DNA from: Acanthaster planci
Lineage: Eukaryota
Length of the DNA: 64,000 nt
Reading direction: 5' to 3'
Assembly (NCBI RefSeq): GCF_001949145.1
Contig: NW_019091359.1
Coordinates: 214,021 to 278,020 of the forward strand
Under the pieces are notes generated by a model that saw only the letters and a list, made by a program, of their open reading frames with translations, was not told the origin of the DNA and did no database searches. Position 1 is the stretch's first letter; each line of letters starts with the position of its first letter. The translations under genes and the position numbers were made by a program. Shown piece by piece: positions 54,101 through 63,200 of this stretch.

Positions 54101-55380
54101 CTTGGAAATACATGTAGTTGTCTCTTCTTTTTTTTTCTTTCTAGATTTTGCTCTAAATGCTCATTGGAGTGAAAAGGATCAGTGTTGCTACCAGCCAATT
54201 ACGTGCACCGTATGTCACACCAAGCGGAATGTAACGCCAGCTGTGATTGGCTGCAAGTTGGTTGCCGTAGGACAACGCCATGACAACAGGTTTTCCCTAG
54301 GCCAAGTGAGTGGAGTTTTTCAGGTCTTTCAGTAAGGCAATACTTTCAATTTTTTTCCAACAAACCACAACTATTTCTGGAATTTCTGGGCACTTAAGGC
54401 CTGGGCTTATATGCTGTTGCTGTTGGTTTGTTTTTTGTTTTTGGTTTTTTTTTTTGGAATTAGGCAGGGAAGTTGCATGGTGTTAAATGCCAATTGGCTT
54501 GGCAAATTGGATTCCATAAAGCAAGCCCTCAGCTCAACAGGGTAGGCTGCACTGTGGGTGTTCTGAACAGCTTTGCCACAACACTGCTCTACCAAGTTCA
54601 GCATTCAGAGCAGCACTATCGCTGTGCACTTTGGAACATCAGTAGCACAATGTATAGCCTTGGCCTAATTAAATACCTGTAATTCATTTGGCCTGTAGTC
54701 TCCACGCTTCATAGAGGCCGGCTGGCTTGCAGTTGCCAATTAGAAAAATTGTGTATTTGTTTTACAACACCTAATCCTCGGATTTTGCAGTTTTAAGAGA
54801 TCCAAGGTTTTATGAGCTCAAATTTTTTTGCAAATGGGGTTATATTATAGTGTGAAACAACTGAAAAGTCACTTGTGCCTTTAATGTTTTTTTATGGAAT
54901 GTTTGCATTGTACCGCACGCAAATTTAATATGCATCCATGTAAATTGATGCAGACATCCGGTTACTGCTGGTACGGTCCTGTGTGTGTGTATGGGTCGTT
55001 TGACTTTGGATGAGGTGCTGTAGAAATGAACATGGCATTGTCTGTAGAGTGAGCCTATTCAGTGAATCAGGATGGTTTTTTTTTGTGTGTAGACTCGGCC
55101 AAAATGACATTCAGCAGTGGGGACTCACCCTCAGACACTGAGGACTTGCCGTTCAGCATTCGGGCATGTTCTGACCCCCAGGAAAATACGGTTGCAATCA
55201 AATATACGATTAACTCAAAAGCGCCACCCCAAACACAGCCCCATCACCTTGCGCTCCACCCTACATTGTAAACATATAAAACTGTTTGTTAGATTATCCA
55301 TTCTACATTTGTTGTGTGACCAGGTCTGGCTTTTTCCTAAGGACGTCACCCACTGTCAACGTTTCACCCCAAAAGAGTGA
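72..55380 (+). CDS. BRIP1: Fanconi anemia group J helicase (BRIP1/FANCJ/BACH1), 5'-partial, 24 exons in window, about 1351 aa visible
   Basis: The spliced translation matches FANCJ motifs: [16 protein letters not shown], four Fe-S Cys, [61 protein letters not shown]. All introns are GT-AG with compatible phases. Exon lengths sum to 4057 nt = 1 + 1352 codons including the stop. Confidence 0.93.
552..930. mobile_element. Degenerate MITE with CAGG-type termini (hAT-like)
   Basis: Imperfect TIRs caggcttcccac / gtgggaactctg; internal 'tcctggaaa' motifs recur near 11505-11590; no TSD seen. Confidence 0.45.
1035..1137 (+). CDS. BRIP1: FANCJ exon ([34 protein letters not shown]; Fe-S Cys 1-2)
   Basis: Polypyrimidine tract plus ctag acceptor, gtaaac donor; matches human MTILSSRDHTCVHPEV...CMELLDGKN. 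Confidence 0.95.
1893..2015 (+). CDS. BRIP1: FANCJ exon ([13 protein letters not shown]...[15 protein letters not shown]; Fe-S Cys 3)
   Basis: tcag acceptor and gtacct donor; [13 protein letters not shown] is identical to human. Confidence 0.95.
2084..2309. other. Assembly gap (intronic)
   Basis: N run; both flanks carry tccactgacctgcta[g/a]gcaggaaaca, suggesting a collapsed tandem repeat; the FANCJ frame is complete across it. Confidence 0.95.
3085..3259. mobile_element. MITE-like inverted-repeat element (core)
   Basis: Perfect 16-bp inverted repeat atcaagtcggacttac (3085-3100) / gtaagtccgacttgat (3244-3259) around a CpG-rich interior. Confidence 0.55.
3347..3442 (+). CDS. BRIP1: FANCJ exon ([32 protein letters not shown]; Fe-S Cys 4)
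   Basis: tgcag acceptor and gtaggt donor; ACPY and FCPYNYL motifs. Confidence 0.96.
4062..4197 (+). CDS. BRIP1: FANCJ exon with DEAH box ([27 protein letters not shown]...)
   Basis: cccag acceptor and gtaagt donor; [10 protein letters not shown] motif II. Confidence 0.97.
5102..5148 (+). CDS. BRIP1: FANCJ small exon ([16 protein letters not shown])
   Basis: Long pyrimidine tract plus aag acceptor, gtaagt donor; bridges phase 1 to phase 0 and has the expected length. Confidence 0.82.
5204..5445. mobile_element. MITE with long imperfect TIRs
   Basis: ggtaattccagaaata...tgtgtccctgttacatctgac pairs with gtcaaatgtgacagggacac...tttctggaatgaacc. Confidence 0.65.
6288..6440 (+). CDS. BRIP1: FANCJ exon ([31 protein letters not shown]...[12 protein letters not shown]; Arch domain)
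   Basis: ctcag acceptor and gtaacc donor; aligns with human LINWL...ERDYESACKIWSG...MGIT. Confidence 0.92.
8888..9045 (+). CDS. BRIP1: FANCJ exon (HHLAAVVEE...[24 protein letters not shown])
   Basis: aag acceptor and gtaagt donor; LKGLF motif as in human MLKGLFMVLDYLF. Confidence 0.9.
9393..9680 (+). mobile_element. tRNA-derived SINE (V-SINE-like core) with A/T-rich tail
   Basis: Box-B-like ggtccgaatcc, core ggtttccctcccacctctaaaa, tail aaataaataataataat; a second copy lies inverted at about 35670-35880. Confidence 0.6.
9815..9863 (+). CDS. BRIP1: FANCJ small exon ([16 protein letters not shown])
   Basis: gacag acceptor and gtgagt donor; phase-compatible; corresponds to human KIAIQQT. Confidence 0.82.
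10085..10112 (+). CDS. BRIP1: FANCJ 28-nt mini-exon (DNRWISKRR)
   Basis: Pyrimidine tract plus ctcag acceptor, gtaagt donor; needed to bridge phase 0 to phase 1. Confidence 0.78.
10332..10387 (+). CDS. BRIP1: FANCJ exon ([19 protein letters not shown])
   Basis: accag acceptor and gtaagt donor; [10 protein letters not shown] is identical to human. Confidence 0.93.
10968..11108 (+). CDS. BRIP1: FANCJ exon (AFSDF...[36 protein letters not shown]; motif III)
   Basis: tctag acceptor and gtaagt donor; LTSGTLSP motif. Confidence 0.96.
11927..12709. mobile_element. Non-autonomous piggyBac-like element spanning the second assembly gap
   Basis: TTAA|ccccttcacagcgg ... ccgtagcgaaggg|TTAA: CCC/GGG termini and TTAA duplication; the interior is mostly N. 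Confidence 0.6.
11973..12646. other. Assembly gap (intronic)
   Basis: N run; the FANCJ protein is contiguous across it (HTSQ|VWVG). Confidence 0.95.
12749..12817 (+). CDS. BRIP1: FANCJ exon ([23 protein letters not shown])
   Basis: tccag acceptor and gtaaca donor; matches human [23 protein letters not shown]. Confidence 0.93.
13558..13680 (+). CDS. BRIP1: FANCJ exon ([41 protein letters not shown]; motif IV)
   Basis: ttcag acceptor and gtgtgt donor; GxLCFLPSY motif. Confidence 0.95.
14256..14385 (+). CDS. BRIP1: FANCJ exon ([43 protein letters not shown])
   Basis: tttag acceptor and gtaaac donor; matches human STGLW...[22 protein letters not shown]. Confidence 0.94.
15564..15670 (+). CDS. 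BRIP1: FANCJ exon (…[29 protein letters not shown]; motif V)
   Basis: cttag acceptor and gtgagt donor; [10 protein letters not shown] motif. Confidence 0.96.
16266..16429 (+). CDS. BRIP1: FANCJ exon ([21 protein letters not shown]...[20 protein letters not shown]; motif VI)
   Basis: gctag acceptor and gtaaga donor; QALGRCIRH motif. Confidence 0.97.
17074..17141 (+). CDS. BRIP1: FANCJ exon ([23 protein letters not shown])
   Basis: cccag acceptor and gtagaa donor; [12 protein letters not shown] is identical to human. Confidence 0.95.
17606..17723 (+). CDS. BRIP1: FANCJ exon ([13 protein letters not shown]...[10 protein letters not shown]...; end of helicase core)
   Basis: cccag acceptor and gtaacc donor; GLSKWVR motif. 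Confidence 0.94.
18413..19958 (+). CDS. BRIP1: FANCJ large exon encoding a ~515-aa S/T/P-rich, acidic then basic disordered region
   Basis: tgcag acceptor is in frame with the 538-aa ORF 18414-20030; CAG|gtgagg donor at 19958/19959. Confidence 0.88.
18604..18672 (+). repeat. Coding 15-nt tandem repeat ([22 protein letters not shown])
   Basis: Visible in both DNA and translation. Confidence 0.85.
20110..20290 (-). mobile_element. Degenerate SINE fragment (Deu/Nin-domain-like)
   Basis: gatgagatgccaatccat...tatccacttatatttatggctggagagaggcaagtgtggg resembles the reverse strand of a conserved metazoan SINE core (from recall). Confidence 0.4.
22407..22740. repeat. Inverted pair of tRNA-related SINE-like repeats
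   Basis: 22407-22552 aligns with the reverse complement of 22592-22740; related copies near 14720-14830, 35930-36050 and 36210-36370. Confidence 0.65.
28230..28286. repeat. 21-bp tandem repeat (aagaaattgaatttctcattc), about 2.7 copies
   Basis: Read directly from the sequence. Confidence 0.85.
30354..30435 (+). CDS. BRIP1: FANCJ C-terminal-domain exon 1 ([27 protein letters not shown])
   Basis: Pyrimidine tract plus tacag acceptor, G|gtaggt donor; phase 0 in, phase 1 out, linking the flanking exons; contains LFCxxC. Confidence 0.78.
35670..35880 (-). mobile_element. Second copy of the same SINE family
   Basis: The reverse complement aligns to about 9470-9595 (atgtggatt...cagtccctacct...cctcccacct...ctcctctctacag). 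Confidence 0.6.
36760..37011 (+). CDS. BRIP1: FANCJ C-terminal-domain exon 2 ([20 protein letters not shown]...FCQCQE...MENSLGSLR)
   Basis: ttccag acceptor, AG|gtaaga donor; 252-nt phase 1-1 open frame with coding-like GC content (ORF 36762-37121). Confidence 0.78.
37123..37329. mobile_element. MITE
   Basis: TIRs tgtgacctgtcaacttaaaatgagcg / cgctcattttgtcgtgccaggtcaca. Confidence 0.65.
48114..48356. mobile_element. PIF/Harbinger-like MITE
   Basis: About 40-bp imperfect TIRs ggccattttccaatactcaacttcg...caggct / agcctg...cgaagttgagttttggaagaacggcc, flanked by 3-bp TTG duplication. Confidence 0.65.
53193..53676. mobile_element. hAT-superfamily MITE
   Basis: Termini tagggct...agcccta, perfect 8-bp TSD agaactgc (53185-53192 and 53677-53684), subterminal gaatatt repeats; related fragment at about 55965-56048. 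Confidence 0.8.
54145..54305 (+). CDS. BRIP1: FANCJ C-terminal-domain exon 3 ([54 protein letters not shown])
   Basis: Very strong pyrimidine tract plus ctag acceptor, CAA|gtgagt donor; phase 1 in, phase 0 out; second CxxC. Confidence 0.8.
55324..55380 (+). CDS. BRIP1: FANCJ putative terminal coding exon ([18 protein letters not shown])
   Basis: accag acceptor in phase 0, TGA at 55378-55380; completes the G-Q-V-W-L-F terminal strand pattern. Confidence 0.72.
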   Translation, partial: VWLFPKDVTHCQRFTPKE

Positions 55381-58300
55381 AAGTGACTCTGACATCGGAA
55401 CTGCAGAAGCAGTCCCCCGAATTTCTTTCTTGGTCCATCTTGTTTGCAACGTAGGACACTGCCTGAGCGTGGCTAGGCTCTTGAAATTTCCAGGTTTGAT
55501 TCAAGGGAAAGCACCAATGGAGAGTTTTATTCTCCTAATTCATACGGATGAAATGGTAAGGTTCCTCATAGTCAGATATTCATTCGGTTGTCAAGTACTT
55601 GATTATTTTTGAAATTGAATAGTTGGAGAGGAAAATTACTGAAATACAGCAGGGAAAATATTCAGTTATTGGATTGAAAAATTGCTCTCTAAAAGTGTAA
55701 CGTATGTGTCGACTTAAAGGCAGTCAATATATATGCCCAACAGTAAGGCCACAGATTTAGTTTTCCGGTTTTTTTGTTTTTGTTTGTTTTTTTTTTTTTT
55801 TGAGGTTGCCGGGAACAAAGGGAGTAAAATTCCCAATCAGGACTGAACATCAGTCAGTCTCCCATCCTTCTTCAACGAGGAGATGGACCCCGTCCTGGAA
55901 CTCACTTATTTATCGATAGACCACCCTAAAAGATATCCACATTTTGTTTCTGCCTTTGTTGGAATCGGGTGTGACTCAATAATTGAATATTCGATTGAAT
56001 GGAAGGACGAATATTGGAATATTTTCTCATTTGAAATGACTCAGCCTTACTTCTTCTTTCAAGCCTTGAAGTCCTGAAGTTTCATGTTTGAGCAGTGCTG
56101 TTATTCCGGTCAGCATCATCAAGAGTATTGTGATGGTCAGGCATGTTCCTCAATGTCATGATCAAGGGGGGCAGTATCTATGCCGACTCGCTTGGCCCTG
56201 CTAATTAGCTTATCAGCGCTTTTTAATTGAATCGTGTTGATTTAGCCTGGTAGCTGGGGATACCTTATAATTTTGTTTCGTCATAATGGTGTGTTCCTGT
56301 CTTGTAAAACCTCCTAGGTAATGTAGTAAAAAACAGGCCTTAAGTGCCGTGTTCTGCCCAGCTGTGAGAATTAAGATGTTTGCTCCTGGATGTCACAGGT
56401 GGCCCGTGTGCAGTTTATATCGGACATATATCTGAGAAGACTCTAATAAGTGCAGGTCAATCCTGTTCTCGACCAATACGGTGACAGTCGATGGATTTAT
56501 TCAAACGAAGAAGATTGTTAATTACCCAAAAAAAAAGAAAAACACTCCAGGTTATGATGAAATAAAAAGGACGATAAGTCGCCTTGAAATGATAAACGGA
56601 AGGTGTGCATTTAAGAGCCATTTCTACTTGTCGTGTTTTGTCACATTTGTTTTGAAAGTCGTCACTGGGGCAGGAAAACATGTCTTTATAGCCTAGAATC
56701 CTGAGCCACCGTGGTAAGAAATCTCTTGATTTTCTGCAGTTTGCTTGTACTTTTGTAGGCATCAATCACAGATGTCCTTTGTCTCAATTTTTGTGAGTAT
56801 TGGACAAGATGTTATCGAGGAAACTATGCATTCACTGGGAGTGAACACCACAGTTTTTAAAAATAAGTGTATGACTTTTCTATTTTTTTGAATGGAACAA
56901 TTACCGCGGATACTGTTGCCAAAAATAATTGCCCAAATAAACAGCACATGTTTCATACTCTGGTAAAACTCTTGGCGCCTCCAAATATGGAAAAAAATGT
57001 GGTGTCTGGCAGAGATGGTTACGTGGATTAATTTTATATCTCTTCCGCTGCTATTTTTATTCACGTCGCCTCCTGACATATGGTTTTGAAAAGCCAGCTT
57101 TGCACGCACAAAGGACCATAAACTACAACTGAGTACTGATGATACGTAATGTGAGATTTAGATTTTTTTTTCAAGGGAGTTTGAATTCTCCATGGCAAAT
57201 GTATGTGGAGGTCATCTTTATTAGCGTAGGTCTTTCACAACTCTTTAGTACTGTGTGTTGTAAACACTAGGGGCGAGAGACATATTGTTAGCATTCAGAC
57301 ACCGTCCGCATTTTATGGAAGCCTTTTAAAGTAGAATGTGGAGTTTAGCTAGGGCTAATCGCTATGTCTGGTTTCCCAAACAGCGCCATTTCTCGAATTG
57401 TTTGTGACAGTTTAAATGCAGACTGGATATGTTGGGTTTTCCCATTGTGCTCAACTGAATGTAAAGACAATGGATTCACTTCAGTGGCCTGTCAGCAGTG
57501 CAGATCTCGTCAAATGTGAATCACAATTTTATTGTAAAGCACTCGCACATTGCCAGAATCGCAATTCTAAAATATAGGCCGTACTCTTTATCAACTGCTG
57601 TCCAGTGAGCTCCCGTTGGATCTGTGACGTCTCTGTTGTGCTTAGAATGCAAATCCCCCCTCGCACGCGAAAGAAACAAAACAAAGGATTTCCAATGTCC
57701 GTTTGGCACGGTTCGTGGTCCTTGACGGAGGCTGTTGATCTCTTTGTGTTCATATTCTCTGAACAGTCCCCAACATACAGATTGACCCACATTTTACTGA
57801 CTATTGCGGATGGGCCGCTATCTGCCGAGGTATCGTCATACATCATGTCAGTCTTTCATAGTTGACAGTTCCAAAATGCCAGCTTACAGAAAGGGGGAAG
57901 GATATTAATGATAACTGCAGAGCTCGTGCTGGAGGGAATTATGTTTACCGAAATTGCATTCCCCCCTTTTTTGGCGGTTAATGGTTGGAAACGATAGTCT
58001 CTTCATTGCATCGAAGGATTGTGACACTCTGTTAACGATGCTTGAGGTTTAGGAAGGATTCGAGTGAAAATAATGGAAAGATTGGAGACTAGAAATTGGA
58101 TTGTCAAGCTGCGGTTGTTGCTCAAATCCTACTGCTGGATGGAGTGTTTCTGAACTGAGAGTAGATGGAAATTAACCTTGAAAGATTAGACGGCTGGACA
58201 AAAGACTAGTAGTCTAAGTTCTTTGTTGTGTTGATTTCCATACATCACGAACAAAAAATATACCGTGCAGAGACCCACTTCGTGCGGAATAATCTGCAGT

Positions 58301-60092
58301 GTTGGTTTGAAGCCCAAGAGCTTTTCCACAGAGTTCAGAAAGTCTCTTGGCTCTGCTCTTGGGTCTCTGTGCTCTGCAAGGCTGTGCTCTGCAGTGTTCT
58401 CTTTTCTAAGCCCCCCCCCCACCACCACCACCACCAAAGAAACTTGTCTTGCTGGTAACATTTCCAAAAGAAGATTGATGATGAAAGGCAATTTCATTTC
58501 CCTTCCTAAAAAGCTCGTGAAAAGCCCCGAACATTGGCATCACACGTCATAAAGGCCATTAAATATTTTATAAAAGATTTCCAAATATCTGCTCCCCCCC
58601 CCAAATGGTTCTGTACCTGCTATTCAGAATTTTAGGCTTAGAAAAATCAGGCTGTGGTATATCATTATAGTTTTAAATATTCTCATTGTTATCTGTTCCA
58701 TGCTCACACAAGTCCTTGATTCGTTTTCATAACATAACCAAGTGTCAAGTCAAATTGTCTAAATTACTATGAGTGAAGGGGCAACTCGACCCGAATCTGG
58801 GACATTGGTGCATTTCAGTCGGCAAGTACCGTGCGTCAGTCGCCTTGAAGTGTGCCAACTAGTCTGTCGGTAACCAGAAAGCTCAAACGGAATAGCAGCA
58901 CAACATTCTCTGGAGGTGGTGGTTTCACTTACTGCTGGAAAGGAGTATATACCCTAGAGGGAAGTTTTTTAATCTAAAACATTTTTCTCATAAAACAATA
59001 CATTTTCTTTGATTGCTTTTTCTTCTGACCGATAACTTTTAAAAGAGGCCAGAACTTAGAGAAATCGTTTCACAGGAATAAGGTATTTAAGAATTTGAAG
59101 AAATTGGAATTAAATATTTCCCATGTCTTATTCTTTGCTGATAAACAACATTCATCTGTACGAAGGATTTATCTAAAATTGTTTAGATTCACTGAATTAC
59201 TTTAAAGAGAAAGGTTGTTTAATTTGGCTTCAAGGGATGTAAATTTAGTACCCACAACTGTCTTTTTTTCCAGTGGAGAGGCTTTGTTGATATATGCACA
59301 TACGTGATTGTATTAGCATTCTGCTGAAGATGATGTGGATATTGGATAATGATGTTGTAGAGAAAAAATATGTAAGTTGAAGTGTTTAGTTTGCATAATA
59401 CCCAGGAATAATGCTGGCGGTTCCCGCATAATAATACAATGTGCTGGTGGGTATAATGTACAGGATTAGGTGAGGCAAACTTTATGACTGTGTATGTTCT
59501 CATGCACATCATTGGGAAGCAATTTTGTGGCACTTGTATTTGCTTGGTCGGGATTGGCTTTATTGCGAGTGCCAGGTCCTTGTCCTTTTTTTGTCTTGAA
59601 GGGGATAGCGGTTTAATGTTCCTTCAATTTTCAGCACTCATTCAGTACCGTACATTTGTCGATTTTGTTCATGTTGGGTCGTGCGAACAAGACTTTGTCA
59701 CTCTATCTCGTTTGTAGACAATTGATTTGTAGGCATTTCAACTGATATTTACGAACTTGGCATTCAAATTAAGATTCGTCCAAATGTAAAAGATCTTTAA
59801 TCTTTGTGATGTTTCCGTTCAATTGAGATACGAGAAGGTTCAAGTGAAGCCCATCTTTCATTGCAAATCTGTTTAAGATAATATGCTTTCTCTGTCAACA
59901 CTGTTTTGATTTAGGAAAAAAATCACTTTGCATGATTAATTTTTTGAAAGCCTTCTAATCAAGCGAAATCAAGGAAGTATTTCTTTTTCTTGCGATTTTC
60001 CCTGCCGAATTCGTGAACTCTGCATCCGAATTAGCGATAGGTTCATTCATCTAAGCACGAAATAGATTACTGATCCAGATCATCATTCATAG

Positions 60093-60268
60093 ATCTCTTT
60101 AGAAGAGGTGTGGTTCCGAGAAGAAGAGGTGTGGTTCCGAGAAGAACCGGTGAGTATTGACTCGACGTTTGTCCTGGCCATCCTTCAGGATCGGCTAGAG
60201 CATCCTGGCCGAAACGTCGAGTTAATACTTACCGGTTCTTCTCGGAACCACACCCCTTCTGAAGAGAT
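60093..60268. repeat. Long fold-back inverted repeat with hammerhead-like remnants (Penelope-like terminal repeat dimer?)
   Basis: 49-bp arms 60122-60170 / 60212-60260 match at 46/49; 21-bp tandem duplication at 60101-60142. Confidence 0.7.
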
Positions 60269-63200
60269 ACTTTCCACAGTGTTCCTGCAACCTACAGCTC
60301 ACGTAGCTTCCACCATGCAAAGCTGCAAATCTTACCCATTCGTGGAGCAAAGAATGATCACTTCTTGAGCATGCGATTGCGTAGTCTTCTTATAAGAAGT
60401 GAAAATCAGCATTCAATTAGAGAAACATGCAGAAAGCAATCACATTCGCGCCAAAACTCCGTGGTAGACATTTAGGCATCCAATTTCGTGAACGGGCAAC
60501 CATTTTGTGACATTTGTGGAATGTTTTTCATTTCATATAATTGTTTAATTCGTATTTTGTTTTCTTTCAGTAATCATGAAAAAATGAATAACACGTAAGT
60601 AAAATCAAAGATATAAAACAGCCTGAAGTAAGCATATCAAACAGAAAGGAGCAAAAAGTTGGGGAAAAAGGAAAAGTGTAAAAATGCATATAGAGGGTGA
60701 AAAATGTGATAACGAAACTAAATTATTGCGAACAAAATCAGAATAATCTTCGTACGTCTACAATTTAATCATAGAGACATGTACTGAGGGAGTGTGTGTA
60801 TGTTTGTTGGGTATATAACAACTGTAAACTACAATTAGTCGATAACTAACAATCTCCCGTTAATGTCAACTAAAAGAACCTGGTTATTTTGGCCCATCTC
60901 ACAGTGATTTTTTTCACTTTGATTTTGTTAAAATGTATAGGCCTACGTGGAATGTACCCGACACCCAACCGCTGATGGGGATGTATAGTCTAATATTATT
61001 GACTAAAACTAGATTTATACCGAATTTATGAAAGTAGACAGTTCCGAAATAGATTGCTCCAACCAAGAATAGCTGGTCGTATCTAGTGTGTCCTGTCCAT
61101 GCAGTGTCACTCAAAGAAAGAAAATTAGAAAAAGAAGATTACAGGAAAAAAATAATAGATCATAAAAAGAATTCATGTATATTCCACCTCGTACTTACTG
61201 GAGATCTTTGTATTTTTTTCGCCTCTTTGCAATTTCATTTTCCCCTCAATGAATAGGTATTAGGCCTATTAAATTGGCAAAACCCGCACAATGTTTGCAT
61301 GTGCTCGGCCGGTGTTCGTTCACATTAATAACTTACTTCATTAAAAGGGATGAACGAGGGTGTGCAGATGTTTGTTCAATTTAGGCCTATTCCATATGCA
61401 TAGTCTTGAAGGTCAGGGTTACAGTAAACTAAACTATATGCGCATCTAACCGAGTCCAACTCTCTTTGTTATTGGCGTTTGTGAGAGCTCTTGAGAAGAA
61501 AGCCAATTGCGCTCACCGGCGATTTTGCCCTCGTAGTCAAACCTTTGGTACATAACCAAAATTGGTGAATGTGAATATTCACATGTGCTTAAACATTGAG
61601 GACACGGCTGACCCTTTTCCGATTTGAGTCTGGCCGCTGAATGTCCAAGCCAAATTAAAGCTTGTAAGACCTATTCCATCACTGGTGCGTTCTTCACATA
61701 ACACAAGCCAATCACTGGTCAAGTAATAGGCGTGCAATCGATGATAAGCTAGCCCCTGTAGCCCAAATGACCTTAGCTTTATTAGGTATGGTATTGTTTA
61801 TGGTGTGTATCAGCTGATTTTAAATCAAAGACTGAACATCACACAAACTTGACAGTGCACGTATTTGCGATAAAACTGTATCGATGAGACTAAACTAAAT
61901 TGTGTTCTGCGAGGCATCAGGACGATTTGAAGTCTAGTAACATTTAACCTCAGAAATTCTTGTTTTATAGCCTCGGTCGGTCTGTTAACTGTTCAATTGA
62001 ACTGATTTACCAATTCTGGCAATCACTTTTAAAAATTGACTCACATCTGATCGGCCAGTCATTTCGACTGGCAAAAATGTCTAAGGCCGGACAGTGAAGG
62101 CGTCTCGTGTTCAAGAACTCCCCCCTGTCGTTAAGAGTGGTTGGCGCCCTCTTCAGGCAGCTTACAAGAAATTGGAGTATTCTTAGAATTCGTTCCCGAC
62201 TATGACTACGCGGGTCAGCCTTTCGGGCATGAACAACGCCAGCAGGAGTGCATTTTGAGTAAAATGCAACAAATAAAATCGCGAGTCCATTTTATTTTAA
62301 AGTCTGCTTGCATCTAATTCTTCATGGTAGATCTCCATGATCGTGTTGACATTACTCAGTCTGATATGAGCATTAGGTGCGATTCTCAGACTTAATTGTG
62401 CGCTGTATACATGTACAGCCAACTGTTAGAGGAGACGCCGTTATGAATTACCCTCGCATTTTATTCCGTGAGCTGACCACACTTGGATCGCAAGACACCG
62501 TGTGCCACCGACTAGTGATGCCGTGTTTGAGGCCGTCAAGGCGGTTCGTGATGGTCAACGTCACTCGCATTGTTGGCAGTCGTTTTGCTCTCCTGGGAGA
62601 CCAGGCGGACATTTTAACCCAAGAAAAGATGATTCTGGCCCCGTCGTTTTAGAGTATTAGTTGTGAGGAAATGAAGCTGGGGGACGGATATGAATAATGA
62701 TACCTTTTCGGGATCATTTGACCAGTCTCGTTTGTATCAAGGGAGAGAACTAAGATTGGGCTTAATCATAAACTCTATGGTGGTGCGTATTGACTGCCTT
62801 TATAATACATGTCGCTGAAAATTCACGGCGCTTGCCTTTGTGGTTGAAGCTGTGGTTCGTAATGAAACGAAAAGAAATCAGCACACGACTTCAATTTGTT
62901 GTGGACAGAAACCCGCGTGGTGCGAGTTGAGTCAGATCAGATAAAGGGCCTATTTGGGAGTATAGTGGCAAGGTTGATAGTGTTGCTCCACATTTCCCAC
63001 GTTAGCAGATGCGTATCCTTTAAACTACCCCTGATTGGAAAAACCAGTCTTGTTAAACCCCCTTCTCGTCCTACAAAGTGCCTTTTTTTACGTTCACTAT
63101 CCCCGCCGTGTTGTCGTGTTTCCCCCATACTGAAAGGGGTGACCGGCGTGCGGCGCTTCCCGCCATTCACAACCGCGAAATTAATGGGGACGATTTCTCC

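Noticed and set aside
55093..55271. Phase-1 acceptor plus [16 protein letters not shown]... as an alternative terminal exon
   Set aside because: Its open frame is incompatible with the phase-0 donor at 54305, and it has no recognisable motif.
60101..60142. Direct repeats suggestive of CRISPR
   Set aside because: Only an adjacent 21-bp duplication with no spacers, in a eukaryotic context.
63013..63021. GTATCCTTT U12-type donor (also GTATCCTT at 41842)
   Set aside because: No supporting exon or U12 branch point; such a match is expected by chance in 64 kb.
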